DNA of 64,000 nt from Candidatus Poribacteria bacterium. Lineage in GTDB: Bacteria; Poribacteria; WGA-4E; WGA-3G. The stretch covers positions 4,032,001 through 4,096,000 of the forward strand of contig OZ242029.1 of NCBI GenBank assembly GCA_965205015.1, written 5' to 3'. Shown here piece by piece: positions 37,302 to 45,950 of this stretch. Position 1 is the first letter of the stretch; each line of letters begins with the position of its first letter. A program made the position numbers and the translations under genes. Under the pieces are notes generated by a model, which saw nothing but the letters and a program-made list of their open reading frames with translations, did no database searches and was not told the origin of the DNA.

Positions 37302-38654
37302 TTGTTAAAAGTATCAAAGTTCGGCGGAAGTTCACTTGCATCAGCGGAGCAAGTCCGTCGTGTTTGCGACATCATCACTGCCGATCCAGGACGCCGGCTC
37401 ATTGTCGTTTCTGCGCCTGGAAAACGCTATAGTCAAGACATCAAAGTAACAGACCTACTCATCGCTGCTGCATCCGAACGACTGACAGGAAAAATCGGTG
37501 CCTCGGAATGTGCTGAAGCGATTGAGCGGTATAGAAGCATTGCCGCTGAATTAGGGCTCCCGCTGGAGGTGGTCGAGCCTATCGCTCGTGATCTAACGGA
37601 ACGTTTGGAAAACAGCACAACCAATGCCGACCTCTATATGGACACAATGAAGGCAGGGGGTGAAGACAACTGCGCTCGTCTCATCGCACAAGTGCTGCAG
37701 GCACGCGGTGTAGACGCACATTATGTGAATCCGAAGGATGCGGGTTTATTACTTTCGGACGAGCCGGGCAACGCCCAAGTGCTACCCGAAGCATACAACC
37801 GATTGCGGGATTTACACGAGCGGCCCGGCATCACCATTTTTCCCGGCTTCTTCGGCTACTCGAAACAGGGCAACGTTGTAACGTTCTCACGTGGGGGGTC
37901 AGACATTACAGGTGCCATTCTCGCCAGTGCCGTTCGGGCGGAAGTCTATGAGAACTTTACGGATGTCGATTCCGTGTTCGCTGCGAATCCATCTATCGTT
38001 AAAGCGCCAGTGCCGATCGCCGAGTTAACCTACCGTGAGATGCGTGAGCTCTCTTACGCCGGGTTCTCTGTGTTCCACGATGAGGCACTTGAACCCGTCT
38101 ACCGAGCACAGGTGCCTGTCAACATTCGCAATACGAATAATCCGAAAGCAGACGGCACGCTGATCGTTCCAAACCGCACGTCGACGGATATGCCCGTTGT
38201 CGGTATCGCGGCAATGGACAGTGTGTGTTGTATCTATCTCAGCAAGTATCTGATGAACCGTCAAATCGGGTTCGGTCGGCGACTGTTGCAGATATTAGAA
38301 GCCGAAGACATCTCTTTTGAACACATTCCCTCCGGGATAGACAACATGTCCGTCATCCTTCGGGAAGATAATCTCTCGGCGCAGAAAGAGAAGAGAATTG
38401 TCGAACAGGTTCGACAGACGCTCGCACCGGAAGATATTTCCGTGGAACGCGGGTTATCCCTCATCATGGTCGTCGGTGAAGGCATGCGTCACACTGTCGG
38501 CATCGCCTCGCGTGCAACAGGAGCCTTAGCTGGCGCGAAAGTTAACATTGAGATGATTAACCAGGGTTCCAACGAAGTCAGTATGATGTTCGGCATAAAA
38601 TCTGAAGATATGGAGACTGCCGTTCAAGCCCTCTATGCCGAATTTTTTGGCTAA
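37302..38654 (+). CDS. lysC: Aspartate kinase with C-terminal ACT domains
   Basis: GGAGG RBS, TTG start; KFGGSSLA, VVSAPG, TFSRGGSDITG, TDVD and MINQGSNEVSMMF. Confidence 0.9.
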   Translation: MLKVSKFGGSSLASAEQVRRVCDIITADPGRRLIVVSAPGKRYSQDIKVTDLLIAAASERLTGKIGASECAEAIERYRSIAAELGLPLEVVEPIARDLTERLENSTTNADLYMDTMKAGGEDNCARLIAQVLQARGVDAHYVNPKDAGLLLSDEPGNAQVLPEAYNRLRDLHERPGITIFPGFFGYSKQGNVVTFSRGGSDITGAILASAVRAEVYENFTDVDSVFAANPSIVKAPVPIAELTYREMRELSYAGFSVFHDEALEPVYRAQVPVNIRNTNNPKADGTLIVPNRTSTDMPVVGIAAMDSVCCIYLSKYLMNRQIGFGRRLLQILEAEDISFEHIPSGIDNMSVILREDNLSAQKEKRIVEQVRQTLAPEDISVERGLSLIMVVGEGMRHTVGIASRATGALAGAKVNIEMINQGSNEVSMMFGIKSEDMETAVQALYAEFFG

Positions 38655-38664
38655 AGGAAACATT

Positions 38665-39504
38665 ATGGAAATAACCGTTCAACCGGAAGAATTAGTCGCA
38701 GGAAAACTGACAGATGCACACGTGGCACAAGCCGTTAAGGCGATCTGTGTTGATGGCTACGTTGTCTTGGAGAACGTCGTCAGCCATGAGCACTTAGACA
38801 TTCTTCGCGAGCGGATGGATGCCGATTCACAAATCCTTATTAATGCGGAAAAATGGGGGGGCGCAGGCAAACTCGTAGGACATCTCCAACAGGGACCGCC
38901 ACCCTATGCGCCCTACATTTTTAAAGACATCGTCGCGAATCCTTATGTTGTGCAGGTGACCAAGGAACTGTTGGGTCCTGGACTCTATAATAACTTCTAC
39001 AACGGCAATACGAACTGTCCCGGTAGCATAACCCAACCGCTCCACAGAGACGGCGCGCACCTTTGGGATGATCAAGAGATCGCGCATCCGACAACGGAAG
39101 TTGTCGTCAACATCTCACCCCAGGATACAGCAGAGGAAAATGGCAGTGTCGAACTCTGGCCCGGTTCACATCTTCAGGTCGGTAATGGAGGGGTGGATGC
39201 GGAACAGGAGGAAGCCCGTCGCAAAATCTGTCCCCCGATCCGTGGAAATGCGAAAAAGGGGAGCGCCCTCATTCGAGATATGCGACTGTGGCACCGAGGG
39301 GTCCCCAATCCATCCGATAAGCCACGCCACATGATCGCGATGATTTACCGTGTCAATTGGCTGAAATCCAACCGGCGACTGAAGTATAAAATCGGGTGTG
39401 AAGCGGCTTTTGAAAACAGCGATCTCGATCACAATGCCGAGTTTCTTGACTTCGCCGAGAGAAAAATAGGTGATTACGATTATCTTTTCAATCCGAGTTT
39501 CTAA
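38665..39504 (+). CDS. Phytanoyl-CoA dioxygenase (PhyH) family protein
   Basis: AAGGA RBS before ATG 38665; QPLHRD, NGSVELWPGSH and RLWHRG.PN....R. Confidence 0.9.
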   Translation: MEITVQPEELVAGKLTDAHVAQAVKAICVDGYVVLENVVSHEHLDILRERMDADSQILINAEKWGGAGKLVGHLQQGPPPYAPYIFKDIVANPYVVQVTKELLGPGLYNNFYNGNTNCPGSITQPLHRDGAHLWDDQEIAHPTTEVVVNISPQDTAEENGSVELWPGSHLQVGNGGVDAEQEEARRKICPPIRGNAKKGSALIRDMRLWHRGVPNPSDKPRHMIAMIYRVNWLKSNRRLKYKIGCEAAFENSDLDHNAEFLDFAERKIGDYDYLFNPSF

Positions 39505-39554
39505 ATATGTATCGGCGGTGCTAACGCCGCTCTGAGTCCCGGACGGAGGTTACC

Positions 39555-40391
39555 ATGAACGCCCAAAGCACATGGCTCCCCGCTGAGCCTGACCTCGAAA
39601 CGGTTTGTAAAACCTACAGCGACCCGATTTACGCACTCTCCCAAGCTGAAATGCCCGCTATCATCCTTCGGAACGCCTATTCACCGGCGCACTGCCAAGC
39701 GCTTATCAACCGATTCACAAATATGGGCTTGATGCGAGACGAAGCCGACATCAACTCTCCTGACAAGCGGACCCGTATTGACATCGGCACCAGTCTCGGC
39801 AACCGCGGTAGCGATAAAGCAAAGTTTTTGGCACACGCCAAGGCGACACATCACCTTTTTAAATTTCTGTTTGATGGTTTCGATAATCCTGTCAATCTCA
39901 TCTACGATTCACTGACTGCGCTTTCCCCCAAACAAGAGGTGAAGGTCGCGCGGGAACCGGACGGTTCGCTCTACGGGCCCGCGATCTTCCGCGTCCACTA
40001 CGAAACGCACAGTTATAAGCCGCACATCGATCACGTCAAGTACCGTGAGAAGCGCACTGATTATCAAGTCTACCGCTTTGAGCATCAGTTTGCAGGCGTG
40101 TTGTGCGTCCAAAACGCAGATGAAAACGGAAAAGGCACGCAAGCCCTTTTACATCGCTGCCTCTGGTCTGAGGAGATTCAACCCCATATCATCGAAGAAA
40201 CCTTTGATGAATACGCCGCTGACAACGGGGTAGAGAACTATCAGGTCGATCTGCAGCAGGGGGATCTCTACTTTTTCAACACGCGATGTATCCACGAAGT
40301 GCCACCCGTGCAAGGCACACGCGCCCGAATTGTCTTGGCAGTATTTATCGGGTATTCCCCTGACGACGGCGAAATTTTCGTCTGGTCATAA
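39555..40391 (+). CDS. Putative Fe(II)/2-oxoglutarate-dependent oxygenase
   Basis: GGAGG RBS; PHID ... GDLYFFN...IHEV..V...RAR (HxD...H...R arrangement). Confidence 0.7.
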   Translation: MNAQSTWLPAEPDLETVCKTYSDPIYALSQAEMPAIILRNAYSPAHCQALINRFTNMGLMRDEADINSPDKRTRIDIGTSLGNRGSDKAKFLAHAKATHHLFKFLFDGFDNPVNLIYDSLTALSPKQEVKVAREPDGSLYGPAIFRVHYETHSYKPHIDHVKYREKRTDYQVYRFEHQFAGVLCVQNADENGKGTQALLHRCLWSEEIQPHIIEETFDEYAADNGVENYQVDLQQGDLYFFNTRCIHEVPPVQGTRARIVLAVFIGYSPDDGEIFVWS

Positions 40392-40400
40392 ATGCAACCT

Positions 40401-40471
40401 TTATGGATACATTGTCGTCCGGCGAGGTTAAGAAACCTCGCCTCCCGCAGTGAAACGTTTTTATCCATTTA
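40401..40471. mobile_element. Small inverted-repeat element (ATGGATA/TATCCAT ends) with internal hairpin GGCGAGGTT-AAGA-AACCTCGCC
   Basis: Perfect 9-bp stem at 40421-40442; abuts the next element at the TA 40470-40471. Confidence 0.5.
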
Positions 40472-40594
40472 TAGTAGAGTCAATAATTACTTGGGCACCC
40501 CGATTGTAGCGCAAACTGTTAGTTTGCGTGCCTCCCCTGCACAAACTGGACAGTTTGTGCTACGAATGTTCACTTATTTTTGGGTTTTACTATA
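40470..40594. mobile_element. MITE-like TATAGTA shell (125 bp) containing an inverted pair of GTAG-type REPs
   Basis: Ends TATAGTAGAGTC / GGGTTTTACTATA; GTAGCGCAAACTGTTAGTTTGCG at 40506-40528 and GCACAAACTGGACAGTTTGTGCTAC at 40539-40563. Confidence 0.7.
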
Positions 40595-40843
40595 AAATGC
40601 AAACTGGATGAAGTAATAGGAGATTCCACAATCACGAATACACGTTAGTTTGGCGTTGTCTGTTCAAATTGTGGACATTTCGTGCATCCGATGCACAATT
40701 CAGGACATCCGCCTCACCGTATTTTCACGTCAAACCGCACGCCGTACTACCCAAAATATCCACCATCCCACGCTACTGCTATACACTAAGTGCTACCGTT
40801 CTCAACCGCACCGAAGCGGACAGTGTGCAGCGCCTCCTTCAGT

Positions 40844-40859
40844 TGGCACGATACTTGCT
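40844..40859 (+). promoter_or_regulatory. Sigma54 (-24/-12) promoter
   Basis: TGGCACG-ATAC-TTGCT, an exact match to TGGCACG-N4-TTGCW, 52 bp before GTG 40912. Confidence 0.75.
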
Positions 40860-40911
40860 ACATCCTTGTGTAAATGATGTAAATGCGAAAAACCAACAGG
40901 AGGGCAGACCC

Positions 40912-43434
40912 GTGAAACACTCTCTTTCCCTCATCTATTTGCTGTCTGTTGTTTCGGTTTTGTACCTATCAACAAATTTTGGGTTACGAACCGCTGTGGC
41001 AGTGCCAAACAGTGCGTACATGGCGTTACCAGAAGGTGCCCGCGCTCGCCTCGGAAAGGGGATTATTCGTGGGATCGCATACACACCAGACGGAAACCAT
41101 CTCATCGTATCAAGCTCCATTGGTACTTGGACTTACGATGCTCACACTGGAGAGGCACTCGACCTGTTCAACGCGTATCCATTGACGGGGGACATCTCAG
41201 GCTTGAGCTCCGATGGCAGTAGGATCGCAATTGGAAGTCGGGATCACACGGTAGCACTGTGGGATCTCACCACTCGCCAACAGAAATCAAATCTAATAGG
41301 ACACACGGGTCCTATTTATAGGATGGCGTTCAGTTCGGATGGCAAAACATTCGCAAGCGGTAGCTGGGATAAGACAGTGCGGTTGTGGGACATTGACACT
41401 GGGCAACACTTAACCACCTTCGGTGGGAATACAGATGATGTCAGACTTGCTGCCTTCAGTCCTGATGGGAAAACGCTTGCAATTGGAGGCGAAAGTGGCA
41501 CAATACATCTGTGGGATATTGACAGTGGAAAACGCAAGGCAACCCTCAAAGAACATATCAGAAGTATCTCAGCACTCGCCTTCAGCTCGGATGGGAAAAC
41601 GCTCGCAAGTGTGAGTTCCCAAGAAAACAACGTGGAGTTGTGGCATGCAGTCACAGGGGAACACATACAGACACTCAAAACAGAAGGCGGAATCTCTTCT
41701 TTAGCATTTAGTCCGGACAGCCGGACCCTCGCAGGTAGCAGGGGGGCAGATTTACGGCTATGGGACGTTGCCAGTGGCACGCAAAAAGTTGCGTTCACGG
41801 GACATATAGAGCGGATCACTTCAATTGTCTTCAGTCCGGATGGGCACACAATGGCAAGTGGCGGGTACGACGAGTTATATCTGTGGGACAGTGTCACCGG
41901 TGCGCAAAAAGGAACGATTACCGGACATACAATAGGTGGGTCTGGATTTGCCCTCAGTCCGGACGGTCGAACCGTTGCAACTGGAAGCATAGAAAAGATC
42001 CGCTTGTGGGACACCGTCACTCTATCCCAAAAAGCAATACTCTTTGAGGACAGATGGGGGAATACGAGCTTAGCCTTCAACCCGGATGGACGCACACTCG
42101 CAAGTGAAATTGACTGGAACATACGGTTCTGGAATGTTGCGACTGAAACACACAAGTCAATCCTCAAAGCGTATATCGGAAGAAGTACCAGCGGCGTGAA
42201 ATCGAGCGGACGCCCAATAGCCTTTAGTCCAGACGGACGTTTCTTTGCAAGCGGAAACAGTCAAACGACGATACAGCTCTGGCTCGCCGATGGGCGCACA
42301 CATATAGCCACACTTTCTGGGCATGTATTAGGTGTCACCGCAATCGCTTTCAGCCCCGATAGCCGGACCCTTGCCAGTGGGAGTGAGGACGATTCCGTCC
42401 GGATATGGGATGTTAACACCAAAACGCACATAGCGACACTTACTGGGCACACAGACCGAATTCAGGCCGTCGCGTTTCGTCCGGATGGGAAAATTCTCGC
42501 CAGTGCAAGCTGGGATCAAACAATAAGACTCTGGGATACAATGACGGGTGAACACATACGAACGCTTGTTGGGCATACAGGTTGGATTACAGGAGTTGTG
42601 TTCAGTTGGGACGGGAAAACCCTCGCCAGTGGTGGTGGTCCGAATGACGGCACTGTCCGGTTATGGGATGTTGACACCGGTATACACAAAGCAACGTTTC
42701 CCATACAAACCTACGCGATTTCAGGTGTTAGCTTCAGTCCTGATGGCACTACGCTCCTAACTGGGAGTTCCGATGGAACAGTGCTGCTATGGGATTTCAC
42801 ACCAGCAACAGATACAACCGTAAAACGTGAAGACGTAAATCGGGATGGTGTGGTGAACGACCACGATCTAACTTTTGTTGCTTCGCGTTTCGGACAATCG
42901 GGGGCGAATGACGCCGATGTGAACGCGGACAGCATGGTCAACATCGTGGACCTCGTTCTGGTTGCTGGTTCACTTGGTGCCGGAGATAGCGCTCCTGCCG
43001 TACATTCCAAGATGAGAGAGATGTTCACCGCGGCGGACGTGCAGTTGTGGCTAACGCATGCGCAGCAAGTTAGCAGCACAACGCCTACTTTCCAGAGAGG
43101 CATCGCAATTCTTGAACGTCTGTTGGTAGCACTGTCCCCAGAAGAGACGGTGCTGCTGCCTAACTACCCAAATCCATTCAATCCAGAGACGTGGATACCC
43201 TATCAACTTTCAAAGCCTGCAGAAGTCACCGTGCATATCTATACGGCAAACGGAACACTGGTACGGACACTCGGATTGGGATACAAACCCACAGGAAGAT
43301 ATCAGGACCGAAAAGCCGCAGCGTATTGGGATGGGAAAAATTCTTTCGGTGAACCTGTCGCAAGCGGTGTCTATTTCTACGCGCTGTCTGCGGGTGAGTT
43401 CACGGCTACACGACGAATGGTAATCAGGAAGTAA
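40912..43434 (+). CDS. Secreted WD40-repeat protein with dockerin-like motif and C-terminal FlgD-Ig/T9SS-type-A-like domain (type A)
   Basis: AGGAGG RBS before GTG 40912; GH...AFSPDG..LAS.S.D.TVRLWD repeats; EDVNRDGVVN..D, ADVNAD..VNIVDL and NYPNPFNPETWIPYQL. Confidence 0.9.
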   Translation: MKHSLSLIYLLSVVSVLYLSTNFGLRTAVAVPNSAYMALPEGARARLGKGIIRGIAYTPDGNHLIVSSSIGTWTYDAHTGEALDLFNAYPLTGDISGLSSDGSRIAIGSRDHTVALWDLTTRQQKSNLIGHTGPIYRMAFSSDGKTFASGSWDKTVRLWDIDTGQHLTTFGGNTDDVRLAAFSPDGKTLAIGGESGTIHLWDIDSGKRKATLKEHIRSISALAFSSDGKTLASVSSQENNVELWHAVTGEHIQTLKTEGGISSLAFSPDSRTLAGSRGADLRLWDVASGTQKVAFTGHIERITSIVFSPDGHTMASGGYDELYLWDSVTGAQKGTITGHTIGGSGFALSPDGRTVATGSIEKIRLWDTVTLSQKAILFEDRWGNTSLAFNPDGRTLASEIDWNIRFWNVATETHKSILKAYIGRSTSGVKSSGRPIAFSPDGRFFASGNSQTTIQLWLADGRTHIATLSGHVLGVTAIAFSPDSRTLASGSEDDSVRIWDVNTKTHIATLTGHTDRIQAVAFRPDGKILASASWDQTIRLWDTMTGEHIRTLVGHTGWITGVVFSWDGKTLASGGGPNDGTVRLWDVDTGIHKATFPIQTYAISGVSFSPDGTTLLTGSSDGTVLLWDFTPATDTTVKREDVNRDGVVNDHDLTFVASRFGQSGANDADVNADSMVNIVDLVLVAGSLGAGDSAPAVHSKMREMFTAADVQLWLTHAQQVSSTTPTFQRGIAILERLLVALSPEETVLLPNYPNPFNPETWIPYQLSKPAEVTVHIYTANGTLVRTLGLGYKPTGRYQDRKAAAYWDGKNSFGEPVASGVYFYALSAGEFTATRRMVIRK

Positions 43435-43503
43435 TCGGTTGCCAGTCGTCAGTTATCGGTTAAGAGGTTTTCAATTACCCAACCTATCTCTTAATCGACA
43501 AGC
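43434..43503. repeat. Degenerate heptamer run plus a GGTTAAGAG/CTCTTAATC inverted repeat
   Basis: atcggtt-gccagtc-gtcagtt-atcggtt-aagag...ctcttaatcg, directly after the stop codon. Confidence 0.45.
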
Positions 43504-43512
43504 GATACCTAT

Positions 43513-43629
43513 TATAGTAAAGTTTAGAATTAATTAGACACTTTAAAGAGGCGAGGATACAATCCTCGCCAGCGGCGGAGAGGATTGTTTCGCTAAGCAA
43601 CTGTCTACATATTTTTCGACTTTACTATA
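43513..43629. mobile_element. MITE-like element (117 bp), ends TATAGTAAAGT/ACTTTACTATA, internal hairpin GGCGAGGAT-ACA-ATCCTCGCC
   Basis: 11-bp perfect terminal inverted repeat; hairpin at 43550-43570 identical to that at 27097-27117. Confidence 0.75.
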
Positions 43630-43646
43630 AAACAGGAGCAGAACCC

Positions 43647-45899
43647 ATGAAAGTCAAACTGTTGCCGATCATAACGCTACTTATGGTTCCAATCCTATTT
43701 TTAAAAAATATCTCCGCTCAGGATTACAGACAGTGGGGATTACCGACGGGTGCCAAAACACGCTTCGGAAAAGGCTGGATATCCGGTAATATCGCATTTT
43801 CACCCGATAATAACCTACTCGCTGTAGGCGCTGCTATTGGGATTTGGATTTACGATGCACAAACGGGTAAGGAACTGAAACTACTCACGGGGCATACAGA
43901 TGTCGTCCGTAGTGTTGCGTTCAGCCCTGATGGAAAAACGCTCGCAAGTAGTGGCGGTTATGACGACCCCACAGTGCGTCTGTGGGATGTCGCCACTGGG
44001 AAGCACAAAACGACCTTCACTGGGCATACGAGTTGGATTGGCAGTGTCGCCTTCAGTCCGGACGGCCACACACTGGCGAGCACTGGAGGATATGGGGATG
44101 GGACGGTGCGGCTATGGGATGTCACCACTGGAAAACATAAAGCAACATTCATCGGACATGCGGATAGTGTTAACAGTGTCGCCTTCAGTCCGGACGGAAA
44201 AATGCTCGCAAGCGGTGGAGATTACGATGACGACTCACCGCAATTAGACACCTCATTACAATTGTGGGATGTCGCGACTGGCGAACACATAATTACACTC
44301 ACTGGACATACAGGGGATATCGGGGCTATCGCCTTTAGTCCGGACGGGAAGACGCTCGCAGCGGGTTGCAGATGGACAGATGAAGCGATCCGATTATGGG
44401 ATGTTAGCACCGGTGAATTGAAAGCAACACTCACCGGACATACGGGGGGCATCAATCACGTTGGCTTCAGTCTTGATGGCAAAACGCTCGCAAGTGCAAG
44501 TGATGATGGCACGGTCTGTCTGTGGGATGTTGTAACCGGAACTTACAAAACCACGCTCGTTGCGCATACAGATGCCGTTAGCAGCGTTGCTTTTAGTTCG
44601 GATGGATACCAACTCGCAAGTGGTAGTTTGGACGGTACCGTGCGGCTATGGGATGCGGTGAGTCTACATCAGAACAGAGTGATTACCGGACATCTGACAG
44701 ATATTTCCTGTATCGCCTTTAGTCCGGACGGTCGCACGCTTGCGACAGGAGGTTGGGATCAAAAAGCGCGATTGTGGGACATCGCCACCGGTAATACCAA
44801 ACTTACCCTCGTTGGACATATCGGCAAAATTGAGTCGGTTGCTTTCAGTCCAGATGGTACGACACTCGCCACTGCCGGAGGTTCCGATGACCCTACAGTG
44901 AAATTCTGGGATACAACCACTGGCAGACACAAAATCACTCTCTTCGGGCATAGAAGCACTATCCATGACATTACATTCAGTCCCGATGGATACACCCTCG
45001 CAAGTACGAGTTGGGACACAAAGGTCTGTCTCTGGGACGTTGACACTGGCAATAACAAAATGACGCTGACCGGAGGGGCTAGCGAAGTCTCAAATGTCGC
45101 GTTCAGTCCGGATGGACAGATACTCGCAATCGGAGGTTGGTTAGGGATACGGTTATGGCATATCACCACCGGACCTTACAAAATCGGCGAAATAGATACA
45201 CAGTCAATCGACAGTATTGCCTTCAGTCCGGATGGAAAAACAATCGCTGGCGGAAAAAGAGATGGTACATTGACACTGTGGGATGCTTTCAACGGAGTAG
45301 AGAAAGCGACCTTCACAGGACATATAGGCGGTCGTGGGGCTGGGGTCAGCAGTGTTGTTTTTAGTATTGATGGTAGGATTCTTGCGAGTAGTGGTGGGTA
45401 TGGGGACAAAACAGTCCGTTTATGGGATGTCACAACTGCTACGCCTCATGCAACGCGCATCGGACATACGAGAGAGGTTTCAAGTGTCGCCTTCAGCCCT
45501 GATGGCACTATGCTCGCCAGTGCAAGTCGCGACGGCACAATATTACTCTGGGAATATCCGCTGCCGCAGCAAATCGCAGGAGCTCCCATGCAGCTGTTAA
45601 CCCGTGCAGAAACGTCTGTGTCGCAAAATTACCCGAACCCGTTCAATCCTGAAACGTGGATACCGTATCAATTGGCGAAGCCCGCGGAAGTCACTGTGTG
45701 TATCTATGCTGCAAATGGCACCTTGATTCGTACCTTAGTTGTCGGACACCGATCTGCTGGTAATTATCAGCAACGACACAGTGCTGTCTATTGGGATGGC
45801 AAAAATGCGAGGGGTGAACCCGTCTCAAGCGGTGTCTATTTCTATACCCTGACGGCAGGCGAGTTCACCGCCACAAAGAAAATGGTCATACGGAAATAG
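43647..45899 (+). CDS. Secreted WD40-repeat protein with C-terminal FlgD-Ig-like domain, no dockerin (type B)
   Basis: Signal ISA-Q; WD40 repeats; QNYPNPFNPETWIPYQL. Confidence 0.9.
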   Translation: MKVKLLPIITLLMVPILFLKNISAQDYRQWGLPTGAKTRFGKGWISGNIAFSPDNNLLAVGAAIGIWIYDAQTGKELKLLTGHTDVVRSVAFSPDGKTLASSGGYDDPTVRLWDVATGKHKTTFTGHTSWIGSVAFSPDGHTLASTGGYGDGTVRLWDVTTGKHKATFIGHADSVNSVAFSPDGKMLASGGDYDDDSPQLDTSLQLWDVATGEHIITLTGHTGDIGAIAFSPDGKTLAAGCRWTDEAIRLWDVSTGELKATLTGHTGGINHVGFSLDGKTLASASDDGTVCLWDVVTGTYKTTLVAHTDAVSSVAFSSDGYQLASGSLDGTVRLWDAVSLHQNRVITGHLTDISCIAFSPDGRTLATGGWDQKARLWDIATGNTKLTLVGHIGKIESVAFSPDGTTLATAGGSDDPTVKFWDTTTGRHKITLFGHRSTIHDITFSPDGYTLASTSWDTKVCLWDVDTGNNKMTLTGGASEVSNVAFSPDGQILAIGGWLGIRLWHITTGPYKIGEIDTQSIDSIAFSPDGKTIAGGKRDGTLTLWDAFNGVEKATFTGHIGGRGAGVSSVVFSIDGRILASSGGYGDKTVRLWDVTTATPHATRIGHTREVSSVAFSPDGTMLASASRDGTILLWEYPLPQQIAGAPMQLLTRAETSVSQNYPNPFNPETWIPYQLAKPAEVTVCIYAANGTLIRTLVVGHRSAGNYQQRHSAVYWDGKNARGEPVSSGVYFYTLTAGEFTATKKMVIRK

Positions 45900-45950
45900 T
45901 ATCAAATGACCATAGGAGACCCAACCGATGAAAACGATGCGACTTTCGAT
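45881..45950 (+). repeat. 70-bp gene-junction direct repeat, copy 1
   Basis: Identical to 48441-48510 except for one base; contains ATGGTCAT-N16-ATGACCAT. Confidence 0.95.

Noticed and set aside
36561-39504. Ectoine hydroxylase ectD / ask_ect cluster
   Set aside because: The EctD signature and ectABC are absent.
45881-45950. Integron attC site
   Set aside because: No RYYYAAC/GTTRRRY core pair, the stem is only 8 bp, and no integrase is present.
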